Positions 8,540 through 21,600 of a stretch of 64,000 nucleotides of DNA are shown here, one piece after another. Position 1 is the stretch's first letter. Each line of letters opens with the position of its first letter. The translations under genes and the position numbers were made by a program. Source of the DNA: an uncultured Gemmatimonadales bacterium (lineage in GTDB: Bacteria > Gemmatimonadota > Gemmatimonadetes > Gemmatimonadales > Gemmatimonadaceae); assembly GCA_963850905.1 (NCBI GenBank), contig CAWKMU010000003.1, positions 2,688,001-2,752,000 on the forward strand. Direction: 5' to 3'. The notes under the pieces were generated by a model. It saw only the letters and a program-made list of their open reading frames with translations, made no database searches and was not told where the DNA came from.

Positions 8540-10012
8540 ATGAAGCCCGCGAGTGCCGGACCCGCCCTTGCTGCGTCGCCAGCGACTGAGCTCGCCCAAG
8601 CCGAGGCGCGCGTGGAGGCGCAAAGCGCGTCGCTCAAGAAAGAACTCGGCCTCCGCGACCTCGTCCTCACGCAGATCCTCGTCATCGTCGGGCTCTCCTG
8701 GATCGGCGTCGCGGGGAAGTTGGGACCGTCGCACGCCGTCTTCTGGCTGCTCGCCCTTGTGCTCTTCTACGTACCATCGGCGGCCGTGGTCATGTACCTC
8801 AGCCGGCTGATGCCGCTCGAGGGCGGGTTGTATCAGTGGGCGAAGCTCGGCTTCAGCGACACGGTCGGCTTCATGCTCGCGTGGAACCTCTGGCTGTACG
8901 TCATCGTGTTCACGTCGGAGGTCGGCGTGGAGTGCGCGACGTACCTGTCGTACGCGCTGGGGCCGAACGCGGCGTGGATGACGACGAGCACCTGGTTTGT
9001 GGCGTTGTCTAACGCCGCGATTCTCTCGCTGATGGTCGTGATGTCGACAATCGGGTTGTCGATCGGAAAGTGGTTACACAATGCGGGCGGCGTCATGATG
9101 CTCCTGATCTTCGGCGCCTTGCTTGTGCTACCCGCGCTCGGCCTGATTAGCGGACGACTCCACGACTATCATCCACTTCGCGCGAGCATTCCTTCGTTCT
9201 CGCTGTTCAACCTCAACATTCTTGGCAAGCTCGGCTTCGGTGCCCTGGGCGGATTCGAGTACGTCGCCATCCTCGCAGGCGAGACCAGATCACCCGGGCG
9301 ATCGGTCGCGCGATCAGTGCTCATCGCGGCGCCGATCATCGCGTTGATGTTCGTGCTCGGCACGGGCGCCGTCGTTGCGTACGTCCCAACGAACGACATT
9401 GATCTGGTGGGGCCAGTGCCTCAGGTCCTCCGCGTTGGGTTCGGCCCGTTCGGCATCGCCGGACAACTCGTAACCGTCGCGATCCTGATGACGCTTACCA
9501 TGCGCATTGGCCAGGCGAGCGTCAGCTTCACGGCCGTGACGCGCTTGCCGATGGTCGCGGGCTGGGACCGCCTGCTGCCGCTCTGGTTCAGCCGGTTGCA
9601 CGCCACGTATCGGACGCCAGTGAACTCGATCATGGTCGTTGGCGCGTGCTCATTCGGCATCGCGTTGTTGAGCCTCGTGGGGGTCCGGCAGGCGGAGTCG
9701 TTCCAACTGTTGAACAGCGCGAGCGGAATATTCTATGCATTGACGTACGTCGTGATGTTCGCGATCCCCTTGTTCGGCCTTCGGGGCGTGGTGCCGCGGC
9801 CATCGGTATGGCTGCAGGCGGCCGCGATGTCGGGGCTTCTAATGACACTCCTCTACGTCACGCTCTCGGTGTTTCCGATCATCAAAGTGGAGAGCGTGGC
9901 GGGATTCGCGCTCAAGATCTCACTCGTGATCGCGGGGATGAACGTCGTGGGGATCGGCATCCTCGCCTCGGCGCGCCGGCGATCGGCACGGCTTGCGGTG
10001 GTTGGGGCCTGA
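8540..10012 (+). CDS. APC-family amino acid permease
   Basis: LKKELGLRDLVLTQI, PLEGGLYQWAK and GGFEYVAILAGE motifs; about 12 hydrophobic segments. Confidence 0.92.
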   Translation: MKPASAGPALAASPATELAQAEARVEAQSASLKKELGLRDLVLTQILVIVGLSWIGVAGKLGPSHAVFWLLALVLFYVPSAAVVMYLSRLMPLEGGLYQWAKLGFSDTVGFMLAWNLWLYVIVFTSEVGVECATYLSYALGPNAAWMTTSTWFVALSNAAILSLMVVMSTIGLSIGKWLHNAGGVMMLLIFGALLVLPALGLISGRLHDYHPLRASIPSFSLFNLNILGKLGFGALGGFEYVAILAGETRSPGRSVARSVLIAAPIIALMFVLGTGAVVAYVPTNDIDLVGPVPQVLRVGFGPFGIAGQLVTVAILMTLTMRIGQASVSFTAVTRLPMVAGWDRLLPLWFSRLHATYRTPVNSIMVVGACSFGIALLSLVGVRQAESFQLLNSASGIFYALTYVVMFAIPLFGLRGVVPRPSVWLQAAAMSGLLMTLLYVTLSVFPIIKVESVAGFALKISLVIAGMNVVGIGILASARRRSARLAVVGA

Positions 10013-10023
10013 GCCGGGCAGCA

Positions 10024-10347
10024 ACTGCGCTGGGTGCACGGTCTCTCCTATGGCGAGATCGCGACGAAACTCCACAACGCTCCTCGGACGGTTGAGCGCC
10101 AGCTCGCCTTGGCGGACAAAGCGCTCCGAACCTATCTACCGATGATCCGACCGCAGCGATAGCTGTCGGTTCAGCCAGCGGGTGGTCGATTGTGGGTTTG
10201 CGGCCCCTCAGTCGTTACTTGAGTGTGGAGACTCAAGACGACAGGCGTCGATGAATCCGCGTGACTCGGTTGGTTGGATCCTGGTCGACCGCTTTCTGGC
10301 CGGAGAATGCTCCCCGGCGGAAGCAGAGAGCGTTCGAGAACGAGCAC
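10024..10347 (+). repeat. 324-bp duplicate of 12221-12544 (ECF sigma 3' end, intergenic spacer, fecR 5' end)
   Basis: Ungapped match at offset 2197; I count 11 substitutions. Confidence 0.92.
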
Positions 10348-10453
10348 CGATCTGCACACGACCATCGGGCCGATCGCAGAAGCTGTGTCGAGCACGTGTT
10401 CGAATACACAAGCTGAGCAAAGGATTCGAATCACCCACATGGGAGGGGCAGTG

Positions 10454-11605
10454 ATGAAAGCGAGCCTGCTTCACGGTGGCCTCCGGGTCACGCCAATGCC
10501 AATCCGTGCTGCGGCAATGGTGGCAGCGTTGTCTGCCGCGGTCATGGTTCCCTCGGCCCTCGCACAACAGGCGCAGACCTCGTCCTTTACCGTTGGCACC
10601 GCGACCGCACAACCTGGCGCACTCGCGACTGGTGTGGTTGTTGTGCCGCCAGGTTCAGATTCGGGGCTTTCCATCCCCGTTGCGGTGATTCGCGGCGCCC
10701 ATGTCGGCCCCGTCATCACCTTCATGGCCGGAACTCACGGGACTGAATACGCCTCGGAGGTTGCGCTCCAGCAACTGATCACCCGCGTCGACGCCAAACA
10801 GCTCGCAGGCACGGTGATCGTCGTTCCGATCGTCAATATCCCGTCGTTCGAGACGATGACGCCGCATTTGAATCCGGTCGATCGCAAGAGCATGGCAGGA
10901 GGGGTGGGCGATCCATTGGGGACACAAAGCCCGCGCACGTTGGCGATCATGTTGCAACAAATTATTGTCCCCGCTGACGTCGTGGTCGATCTCCATGGTG
11001 GAGACCTCGACGAGAACCTGCGCGCCTACAGTTACTGGAATCGCACCGGGCATGCGAGCCAGGACTCGGCATCCCTGCGGCTAGTGCGGGCCTTCGGGAT
11101 GAGCACTGTTCTCGTCACCAACGCGAACATTGATGGGCCAAATTCGGGTCACCCCTATGGAGGCTACGCGCTCAAGAACGGCAAAACGCTGCTCGTTGCA
11201 GAAGCGGGACGTACCGGCACCGTGGCGCCCGCGGATGTGGCGGCGCTCGTGAACGGATCGCTCAATGTCTTGGACGCGCTTCACATGATCAAGCACCCCT
11301 CAACGCCAGTAACCCAGATCAGATGGCTCGAGGGCCCTGGCAAGACCATCACCGCAGATAGTGCAGGAATGTTCTTCGCGTCGGTTGATCGCGACACCCG
11401 GGTGACCGCGGGCCAGGTCGTCGGGTACACAACAGACTTCCTCGGTCATAAAACAGGTGATGTTCGGGCGCCGATCGATGGCCTCGTAACGTACATCCGA
11501 GGCGTCCCATCAATGTGGCCGAAAGCCGTGCTATTCGGCGTCATCCCAGTCATGCCAGGTGCACCACCGCCATGGCAAGCGCCTGCCCCAGTCGCTGCTC
11601 GCTAG
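10454..11605 (+). CDS. Secreted succinylglutamate desuccinylase/aspartoacylase (M14)-family deacylase
   Basis: GTHGTEY, VVDLHGG and EAG motifs; C-terminal biotinyl-like domain; RBS GGAGGGG before GTG/ATG at 10451/10454. Confidence 0.88.
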   Translation: MKASLLHGGLRVTPMPIRAAAMVAALSAAVMVPSALAQQAQTSSFTVGTATAQPGALATGVVVVPPGSDSGLSIPVAVIRGAHVGPVITFMAGTHGTEYASEVALQQLITRVDAKQLAGTVIVVPIVNIPSFETMTPHLNPVDRKSMAGGVGDPLGTQSPRTLAIMLQQIIVPADVVVDLHGGDLDENLRAYSYWNRTGHASQDSASLRLVRAFGMSTVLVTNANIDGPNSGHPYGGYALKNGKTLLVAEAGRTGTVAPADVAALVNGSLNVLDALHMIKHPSTPVTQIRWLEGPGKTITADSAGMFFASVDRDTRVTAGQVVGYTTDFLGHKTGDVRAPIDGLVTYIRGVPSMWPKAVLFGVIPVMPGAPPPWQAPAPVAAR

Positions 11606-11764
11606 CAGAAGGTTGAGAGCTGTGTTGTCAGCGAACTAAAGACGAGGGCTCGTCATCTCTAGTCGGGGCGAGCCCCGGCGTCGCGCCGTGTGAGGCGCCA
11701 AAGTGTGAATGGTCCGTGGCGGCTATTGCGGCCCAGATGCGCCCGTTGCATGATAGCTGCCCCA

Positions 11765-12359
11765 ATGCAGACCGTGTCGGCTCCTGGGACCCGAGGCCTG
11801 GACCACGAGACCGCCCTTGCTGCGCGCATCCGCGCCGGCGATGAGGAGGCATTCGAGACTGTGTTTCGGTCTCACGCCGTGCGGCTGGCTGATTTTGCGT
11901 GCGCATTCCTGGGGTCGAGAGATGATGCGGAAGATGTGGTGCAAGCCATTCTTTACAAGGCTGTGGTTGACGCGCGATCGCTTGGACCCGCGAGCGCCCT
12001 TGGCTGCCCACTTGACGTTGGCGACTCGCAACGAGGTCAGGGATCGGATCAAGCACAATCGCGTCGTCGCTCGCTGGCAAGCCGAAGTCCTCCAGCATGG
12101 GTCGCACTTCGGTTCGGCTGTCACCCCAGGATGCGACGACGAGTTCGATGCGCGCGACACTGCAGCCGCGATCTGCGCGAGCGTCGCCGCTTTCCCACCG
12201 CAGCGACGTGCCGCCTGCACACTGCGCTGGGTACACGGTCTCTCCTATAGCGAGATCGCGACGAAACTCCACATCGCTCCTCGGACGGTTGAGCGCCACC
12301 TCGCCTTGGCGTACAAAGCGCTCCGAACCTATCTACCGATGATCCGACCGCGGCGATAG
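11765..12359 (+). CDS. ECF sigma-70 factor, split by an apparent frameshift near 11950
   Basis: Region 2 (GDEEAFETVF...DAEDVVQ) and region 4 (GLSYSEIATKLHIAPRTVERHL) lie in different frames. Confidence 0.85.
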
Positions 12360-12447
12360 CTGTCGGTTCAGCCAGTGGGTGGTCGATTGTGGGTTTGCGA
12401 CCCCTCAGTCGTTACTTGAGTGTGGAGACTCAAGACGACAGGCGTCG

Positions 12448-13500
12448 ATGAATTCGCGTGACTCGGTTGATTGGATCCTGGTCGACCGCTTTCTGGCCGG
12501 AGAATGCTCCCCGGCGGAAGCAGAGAGCGTTCGAGAGCGAGCACGCTCGGACCCGGCATTCGCGGCGCACCTCGACTCGGCACGATTCGTCCGCGACGCG
12601 CAGCGCGCAGCGCATGGCCGTTCCAATGTCGATCGGATGTGGCGGGCCGTACTCGCCGCGACGAGCGCCGCCGGTGACCCCGCAAAGCCGCACAAGCGCG
12701 AGCCGCCGGTGCAAGCTTTCCGAGTCGTCCCGCCGCAACCCGGGGGATGGTGGCGACGGCGCTCCTTTGCAGCAGCAGCTGCGTGCGCGCTTGGCCTCGT
12801 AGGCGTTGCGTCGTTCTTCATCGCCGATCGCCCTGCGACCGAGCAAAGCCTAACGACCACAACCCGTGACTACGCGGCGGGACCGCAAGAGCGAGCAGCC
12901 ATCGAACTGCCCGACGGCACGCACGTCCTTCTTGCACCAGGCAGCCACTTGAAGGTGCCAGCAGACTTCTCGCGCGAACGCCAGGTCAATCTGGACGGCG
13001 AGGCCGAATTCAGCGTGGTTCACAATACGCGACGTCCTTTTAGTGTCCGCACGGCACAAACGGTTACGCGCGATGTCGGAACGGCGTTCGATCTACAGGC
13101 GTACGCCGAGAGTGGGACGACTCGAGTGATTGTCACCGAGGGAACGGTGGACGTCGGTGGTCTGTCAGTGAAGGCAGGTCAGGCCGCTGTAGTCACGGCG
13201 CACGCGCCGCCCGCCATCATCCCCCGCGTGCATCCAGACGAGGACTTGGGCTGGACTCGCGGGCAGCTGGTCTTTGACGCCACGCGAGTGTCGGACGCAG
13301 CGACCATTATCAGCCGATGGTATGCCGTTGATGTGCGGGTTCCCGACTCCGCGCTTGGCGCACGTCACGTGACGGCGCGCTTTACAAATCCTTCGGTCGA
13401 CCAGGTACTTGCCAGTCTGGCGTCGACGCTCAATGTGCGCGTCGATCGGACTGATCTGACAATAACGCTGTTACCGCAGGAGTCGAGGTCAACTAAATAG
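12448..13500 (+). CDS. fecR: FecR-family anti-sigma factor
   Basis: Single TM segment; LPDGTHVLLAPGS, LDGEAEFSV and DVGTAF motifs; adjacent to the ECF sigma. Confidence 0.9.
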   Translation: MNSRDSVDWILVDRFLAGECSPAEAESVRERARSDPAFAAHLDSARFVRDAQRAAHGRSNVDRMWRAVLAATSAAGDPAKPHKREPPVQAFRVVPPQPGGWWRRRSFAAAAACALGLVGVASFFIADRPATEQSLTTTTRDYAAGPQERAAIELPDGTHVLLAPGSHLKVPADFSRERQVNLDGEAEFSVVHNTRRPFSVRTAQTVTRDVGTAFDLQAYAESGTTRVIVTEGTVDVGGLSVKAGQAAVVTAHAPPAIIPRVHPDEDLGWTRGQLVFDATRVSDAATIISRWYAVDVRVPDSALGARHVTARFTNPSVDQVLASLASTLNVRVDRTDLTITLLPQESRSTK

Positions 13501-13518
13501 CGTTTCGCGGGAGGCGGC

Positions 13519-16500
13519 ATGCATCACTGCAGGACTGTGAAGGGCATGTTCGTGGTCGGAGGCGCACTGCTCGCGGCAGCTGCCCCGACACGCGCAAAGG
13601 GCGCCCAGGATACAACGGGCGGTACTCCGGCAACGCAGCTTGCCATACTGACCGCCAGCCCGACGCCATCGTTCTTTGAAAGGACGGGCAGCCGCCGCAC
13701 CACGGTGAATGGCGCAATAGTGCCGGGTTTCCAACGCCGGGTGTCGCTCTCACTCGTGGATGTACCGGTCGCCGATGCCATCCGACGGATTTCGGAAGAA
13801 GCAGGCCTCGATTTTACCTACAGCCCTGAAATCTTCCCCGAAGGGGCCAGTGTCTCGCTCCGGGCGGAAGACATAACGGTCGTTGCAGCACTAACGGACG
13901 TGCTGCTCAATACTCAGGTAGACGTCGAAGTCACCCGCGACGGGCATGTGAACTTCGTCAAGCGTGCCGCCGCGAAACGCCAGCAGGGCCGCATCACGGG
14001 ACGGGTGATTGACGCAGACACACATCTCGGCATTCCAGCAGCGCCAGTGACCGTCACAGGGACAACGATCGGTGTAACCACGAGCGACAGTGGGACCTTT
14101 GCCCTCCCAATGCCACCGGACGCGAGGACCCTGTCGGTGCGACGCATCGGGTACCTCGCCCAGGTTGTGGCCCTCGAGACCGGAAAATCCTATTACGAGA
14201 TTGCGCTCCAACACGACGTCTTGCGGCTTCAGGCCGAGGTCGTGACCGGCGTCGCGACGACGGTGGCTTCTCAGAACGCGGCCAATGCGGTGGCCGTCGT
14301 CAATTCTCAGGACATCAACGAGGTTCCTGCCCCGACAATGGAGAATTCGATTCAGGGCAAGATACCAGGGGCCGTCGTTACGACGAACAACAGTGGCGCA
14401 CCCGGGGGCGGACTGCAGATCCAGGTGCGTGGAATCACTTCCATCAACGGAAATGCCCTTCCGCTCTACGTCATCGATGGGGTTGTGGCCAACAACGAGA
14501 CGATCAATGCCGGTGACAACGCCATTGACCGCGGCGGCGGCGGGCAGACATCGACCGGGCAATCGGCTGCGACAGCGCCAAGCGGTCAGGATAACAGCCC
14601 CAACCGAATGGCTGACATCAATCCCGACGACATCGAGTCGATCGAGGTCCTGAAAGGAGCGTCGGCATCGGCGATTTATGGCTCCAAGGCATCGGCCGGC
14701 GTGGTCATCATCACGACCAAGCACGGGACAAGCGGCAAGCCGAAGTGGAGCCTCAACAACCAGGTTGGCCACTTCGCCCTATCGAACACGTATCCGGATC
14801 GGAGCTTCCCCACGCTAGCGGGCGCTCAAGCGTGGTACGTGAACGATGTGACTCGCGACAAAACTGCGGGTGCCATCGCTGCCGACAACTCGTTCATCAG
14901 CAGCTTGTACGCCGGACCGCAGGATTATCAGACACAACTCTTCGCCAACCCCCAAGCCGCCTACCAGACGAACCTGAGCGTGAGTGGTAGCGTGGGCAAG
15001 GCACAGTACTACTTGTCGGGGCTTTCGAAGTACGACAACGGCACGATGTACAACACGGGCTACAACAAGCAGTCCGTGCGGGCCAACATCACGCAGGAGG
15101 CCGCGTCGGGTCTGACGGTGGCCGCCAATTTAAACTACATCCACGACGTCACACGCCGCGGCATCACGGGTAACGACAACATTGGCATCAGCCCCTACGA
15201 CGTCTTCTCCTACACACCGGGGTTCTTGGCGCTCGATAAGGTGAACGCGGACGGCTCGTGGCCTCATAACTACTTTGGTCCCGCCAACCCGTTCGCCGAT
15301 GCCTATGAGATCCAAACGCCGCAGCAAGTGAGCCGATTCATCGGTGGTGGCAGCATCAACTGGACGCCGTGGAAGACTGAGCATCAGAGCGTGCAGGCCA
15401 ACTTCATCGGAGGAGCTGACCTCTCGAGTGTGCAGGACTTGCTGTATGCACCACCCGATCTGCAACAGGAGCAGCAACAACCATCTGGATTGCCTGGCAC
15501 AGCGGTGACTAACGGTGCCCAAATCAACTATTTCAATTACTCGATCAGCATCATTCATCGGTTCACCGGATTCTCGTGGCTCGACGCGACGACGTCGGCG
15601 GGATTCGTCCGCGAACGCCGGAGCACCACCAACCCGGTGTCGGTCGGTGAAAACCTGTTAGCCGGAGTCAATTCACCGACGGTCGGCACGGTGCAGCAGA
15701 ACTTCCTCTACAAGACCGCACAGCTCGACCAGTCGCTGTACGCCCAAGAGCAGATTCTCACCCTCGACTCTCGGCTGGCGGTCACCGCCGGCATCACCGC
15801 CGAGCGGTCGACCAACGATGGCGACATCACCAAGTTTTACTACTATCCGCGCTACTCGGCGTCCTACCGGCTGCCGCAGTTCGCCAGCGCGCTGGACGAG
15901 TTGAAGGTGCGCGTGGCGTATGGACAGTCTGGCAACCTGGCGCCCTACGGCGCCCGATATTCGACCCTCAGCCAGACACTCGACGGGGGTGCGAACGGTA
16001 TCGGCGGCAATCTGGAACTCGGCGATTCCCACATCAAGCCGGAATCGGAACAAGAAATCGAGACCGGATTCGACGCTACGTTCTTCCACTCGCGGGCTCA
16101 GCTCTCGGCCACGATCTACCAGAAGCGCCTGACCAGCCTGTTGCTGCAGGCGGGTGTGGCTCCTTCCTATGGGTACACAACGGAGTTTATCAATGGCGGC
16201 GAGTTCACGAACCAGGGGCTCGAGCTCTCGCTGCAGTCCACTCCGATCACGTTGCGGAACGGTTTCACGTGGGTGAACACGCTCACGTTCTTCCGCAACT
16301 ACAGCGTCGTCAACGCCCTGCCGGTGCCGCCGTTTACCGTGGAAAACGAATCCGGATTCGGCAACGGATTTCTCGCTCCGGGGAGGTCGGTATCGGAGAT
16401 TGTGAACCCCAACATCACCGGGGCCGGCGGCCTCCCTCTGTGGGTGGGTGATGTGTCACCCGGAATGCTGGTGAGCTTGGGCAACGAATTCACTTGGAAG

Positions 16501-16918
16501 GCGTTCCGTGTCTACGGGTTCCTCGACTGGAGCCGGGGCGGCAACCAGATCAACGTGACGGACTTTTACTACGATTTCGGCCCAGAGTTGTCCGCCGACT
16601 CGGCGTATGACGCCAGGCAGGTCGCAGCTCTAAACGCCGGCGAAGAGCCCTACACTGAGGGAGCTTCGTTCCTGAAGGTGCGTCAGGTGACGGCCAGCTA
16701 CACTCTGCCCCAGCGCGCGGTCAACCGGATCGGATTCGGCCGGATAAGCAGCGCGCGACTCTCGTTCGGTGGATACAACTTGTGGGGCATCTGACAAGTA
16801 TCACGGCCTCGATCCGGAGGTGAGTTTCGCCGGCGACCAGACGATTCGCGCCGCTGGAGACATCACACCGTACCCGCCAGCACGCAGCTATTTCTTCGGC
16901 CTCGACCTGGGATTCTGA
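13519..16918 (+). CDS. SusC/RagA TonB-dependent receptor with N-terminal STN signalling domain; apparent frameshift near 16792
   Basis: DINPDDIESIEVLKGASASAIYGSKASAGVVIITTK plug motif; the conserved tail KYHGLDPEVS...YPPARSYFFGLDLGF continues in another frame to TGA at 16916-16918. Confidence 0.9.
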
Positions 16919-16919
16919 C

Positions 16920-18468
16920 ATGACTCACCTTCGCGAAGGCGACACGCCGAAGCTCGGCCGGCACGCACACCGACCACCGAGTTTCCGAAGGTCTGCGCGG
17001 TACACCCTGTTGGCGACTGCGGCCGCCGCAGTCGCAGTGGCGGCCTGCACGGACAGCGCCGTCCCGTTCCTCACCGGGCCGACGTCTGTTCCAACCACGC
17101 CGACGGGGGTCCAGCAGGCCATTACGGGGCTGTTCAGCTACACGAGAAATGACCAGAAGGCCATCGCGCTCGAGAATGTCGTCGTTCGCGCGAGAGGCGG
17201 CGAATTTCACCAACACCGACTCGCGCTACATCACCTACAGCCTTGGTATCACGCCGATCGGCAACGGGGTGGGCTGGTTCACAACGTGGGCAAACGCATA
17301 CGAAAACATACGTGAGGCCCAGCAAATCTTGGCTTCGTTGCCGAACGTCGTGCCAAGCTATTCGACACAGGACATCGCCGGCATCACTGGGGTGGTCCAG
17401 ACCATTGAGGCCCTCAACTACATGTTCATCGCGTGGGCTCATGACTCGCTTGGGCTCGCGATCATGCAGTCGCCCAATGCTACCGCGCTGGCGCTCGCGG
17501 TGTGCAACGCTGACGGTTTGCGGTACATCATCGCACTGCTCGACTCGGCGAATAGAACCCTCAACACTGTCGGGCCGGTCCCGTTGCCCATCAAGGTGCC
17601 TCCCGGGTTCGCCGCCGTGTCGGCGATCGCCGCGCCAAGCACAACTCTTGGATCTTTCGCGGCATTCAATCGAGCGCTGGCCGCGAAGGCAGGACTGATG
17701 CTCGCCTACGCGATTGCACGTCAACAGCCCGCGTCCACACCGACCCCGGGCTCCGCCGGTACACCCAATGTGACGGCGTTGACGCGCGCCGACAGCGCGG
17801 CGACGGCTTCGGCGCTGTACAATCCCGGCGCGCTGGCACCCAATCCCATTGGGCAGTGGACATACGACAATTACTCGGTGCTGCACGATTTCAGTGCGCA
17901 GTCGGGCGATCAGACAAACCCGATCAACGGTGTCGTCGGGACACAGGCCGTGCTCGATGACGTGCCCAGTGACCAAGACACGGTGAACGACCTGCGTTGG
18001 AAGGCCAAGTTCTTGCTCAATCCGAACCCCGTCCAAGAGCAGGCGTATAGTTTCGTCGCGTCGAAGTACATCTACGGCATGTATCCAAGTCCTGCGTCAC
18101 CGATCCCCATCGTGCGCAACGAGACGCTCGTGCTGGTGCGGGCGCAGATCCGACTAGGGCTTGGCGATTTCCCCGGCGCTTTGGCGCTGCTCAACGATGT
18201 GAGGACCCAAGTCGGGGGACTGGCGCCAGTGGTTGCGTCGGGCTACGTGGCGGTCCGAGACGCCTTGCTGCGGGAACAACAAATATCGACGCTGATGGAA
18301 GGCGGCGCGGATCGTGTCATTGCGCTCCGCATGTATGGCCTCGAGGCGGTGCTGGACACGACGTGGACGCATACTCAATATGCGCCCGATCTGCACACGA
18401 CCATCGAGCCGATCCCAGAAGCGGAGCTTATCGGGCGCGGCGGCACGTTCAACACCACCTGCAACTAG
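16920..18468 (+). CDS. SusD/RagB lipoprotein; apparent frameshift near 17150-17180
   Basis: Lipobox AVAA-C in ORF 16920; SusD motifs PIVRNETLVLVRAQ, LLNDVR and PIPEAE in ORF 17149-18468. Confidence 0.85.
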
Positions 18469-18628
18469 TGTAGCGATGCGAAAGTCTCGTTCGCCTTCTT
18501 GACTCTGTCGAGAATGGATTGTCACCACGGGAGTTCAGGTGAAAGGGACGGGCGTTCGTTGCGGTGAGCGATCGAGCAGGGGAGGGCGGGTTCGAGTTCG
18601 GCGACGCTCCTGACATGGGGAGGCTTCT

Positions 18629-21600
18629 ATGCTGTCGCGGTGGAAACTCGCAGTGGCTCGCACTTCGGTCGTGCTGGGCCTGGTGTGCCTGTTCGCCGGA
18701 CTTGCGATAGCCCAGGTCAATCCCAACGAGTATGCCGGGCTCGTTTGGCGCAACATAGGCCCCTTCCGCGCCGGCCGCATCTCGGCTGTGAGCGCGCCCG
18801 TTGGACCCGGCCAGGCCGGCATCTTCTACGACGCCCTGCCGGAGGGCGGCGTGTGGAAGACCGAGAACGCCGGCATGACGTGGTTCCCGATCTTCGACGC
18901 CATCAAGACGGTGTCGTCGGTCGGTGCCATCGCGGTGGCGCCCGGCGACCCGAACATCATCTACGCCGGTACGGGCGACCTCGTCGGCGAGGGCGCCATC
19001 GACGAGGGTGACGGCGTGTACAAGTCGACCGACGCGGGCAAGACCTGGGTGCACCTCGGCCTCGAGGCCACCAAGCAGATCCCGGCGCTCATCGTGGATC
19101 CCAAAAATCCCAACATCGTACTGCTGGCGGCCCAAGGCGACGTTCATCACCCCAGCCTTGACCGCGGCATCTTCCGCTCCACCGACGGCGGGCAAACCTG
19201 GAAGCAGGTGCTCTTCCGTAGCGACATCGCCGGCGGGCAGGATGTCGAATTCGCGTATGACAATCCCAACGTCGTCTTCGCCACCACCGTACTGCACATG
19301 AGCGGTACGGGGGGCGGCGCCGGCGCGGGCAATAACGAGACCGCGCTCTACAAGTCCACCGACGAAGGCGCCACGTGGACAGAGGTGAAGGGCGGCGGCC
19401 TGCCCGAGCTGGCCGGGCGCACGAGTGTCGCTGTGGCGGCCAACACCAACTCGCAGCGGGTGTTCCTCGTCGGCGCTTTCGGGTTATGGCGCTCCGATGA
19501 CGGCGGCGCGAACTGGCGCCGTATGAGCACCGATCCTCGCATCAGGGGCAACGGTTATATCTGCGGCGTGATGGTCGACAGCAAGAATCCTGACGTCGTG
19601 TACATCATGAACACCTCGGTCTACCGCTCCACGGACGGCGGCGCCAACTTCGCCGGCTTCAAGGGCGCGCCCGGCGGCGACGATTACCACTTCATCTGGA
19701 TTGATCCGACCGACCCTAACCGTATGTCGCTTGCCAGCGATGAGGGTGCGACGGTCACCCTCGACGGCGGCAGGACCTGGAGCTCGTGGTACAACCAGCC
19801 CACCGCCCAGACATACCACATCGCGATCAATGACGAAATCGCCGGCCTTAACGACTTCATTTACTGGGTGTATGGCACGCAGCAGGATCCGTGCGCCGTC
19901 GCCGAGCGCAACCGCGGCGACTACGGTGAGACCACGCCCTGGGACTGGACGCCGTTCCCCATCTATGAAATCGGCTCCATCGCCCCCGACCCCGATAATC
20001 CCGAAATCGTTTACGGCGCGGGCGGCGATAACGGCATCCTGAAAGTCTGGCTCAAGAGCGGGCAATGGGAGAATTTTGCTCCCAATATCGGCACGACTCG
20101 AGGTGGCATCGGCTGGATTTCCGCAAGAGTATCGAGTTCCCCATGGTGTTCTCGCCGAGCATCACAAAACCCTCTACCTGGGCACGCAATATGTCACCGC
20201 TACATCGAGATGGCGGTGTGCATTGGCGCAACCTGGGTGACAAGGATCTCGCCACCCGCACCCTGACGCCGGAAGAAGCGGCGGCCGTGGCAGCCGCAGG
20301 CCGTTTCGCCATCGGAGGGCATGGCGCCATTTCCTCGATCGCTCCCTCCACGGTAACCGGCAAAGTGATCTGGACAGGCAGCAATAACGGCCTGATCTAC
20401 GTCACGCAGGACGGCGGCACCACCTGGAAAGAGACCGATCTCAAACTGCCCTACAATGCGAACGTCGTCATCATGGACGCTTCGCATTCCGATCCCGCCG
20501 AAGCGTATGCCGGGGTCGATCTCCACGCCGCCGGCACCTATACCCCCTACATCTACCGCACGCGCGATTACGGCGCCCATTGGGATCTCATCACCAACGG
20601 ACTGCCGACGAACGAACCCGCGGGCAGCTTTGTGCGGGTGGTTCGCGAGGACATTGTGAAAAAAGGCCTGCTCTTTGCCGGTACCGAGAGCTCGGTCTAC
20701 GTCTCGTTCAATGACGGCGATCACTGGCAGTCGCTGAAGCTCAATCTGCCAGTCGTTTCCTACCGCGACCTGATCGTGCATGGAAAGGATCTGGTGGCCG
20801 GCACCTTCGGCCGTTCCTTTTGGGTTCTCGACGACATCTCGCCGCTGCGGCAGATCGCGGCCGATCTGCCTTCGAAGACGGCATATCTCTTCAAGCCCAC
20901 CGACACCTATCGCATCCGTAAGGATGTGAACCGCAACACGCCGCTGCCGCCGGAGATCCCGCACGGTCTCAATCCCCCCGACGGCGCGATCCTTTATTAC
21001 TACCTCGCGTCGAAGCCTTCCGGCGAAATCAAGATCGAGATATTCGATTCCGCCAACAACCTGATTCGCTCCTACAGCAGCGCGCCCATCCCGCCGGTGA
21101 CGATCAACCCGCTCCCCAACGTCCCGGACTACTGGTTCTACCGGCCCGAACCGATCCCCACGGAGGTCGGCACCAACCGCATCAACTGGGATCTGCACTA
21201 TACGCGGCCGCCATCGCTCATCCAGAATTACTCGCTGGAGAAATTCGACGCCATCTACCACAACACCGTCTACGACCCGCAGGGGCCGCTCGTGGTTCCC
21301 GGCACCTACACGGTGAAGCTCACCGCCAACGGCACCACCTCAATGCAGACCGTCAGGGTGAAGATGGATCCGCGCGTCGAGGGCCAGGCGACGCAGGCCG
21401 ATCTCGTGGCCATGCACGACCTGTTGATGAAGGTGTACAGGTCCATGTTCACTACCTGGGATGGGTACCAGCAGGTGCGTGACATGCGCGCGCAGCTCAA
21501 AACCATCACCGACGGCCAGCTTCCGCCCCAGGTGGCGAACGCGGCGAGCGAGTTCGACGCCAAGATGGCGGGGATCGAAGGCGAGCTTCCTGCCGCCCAG

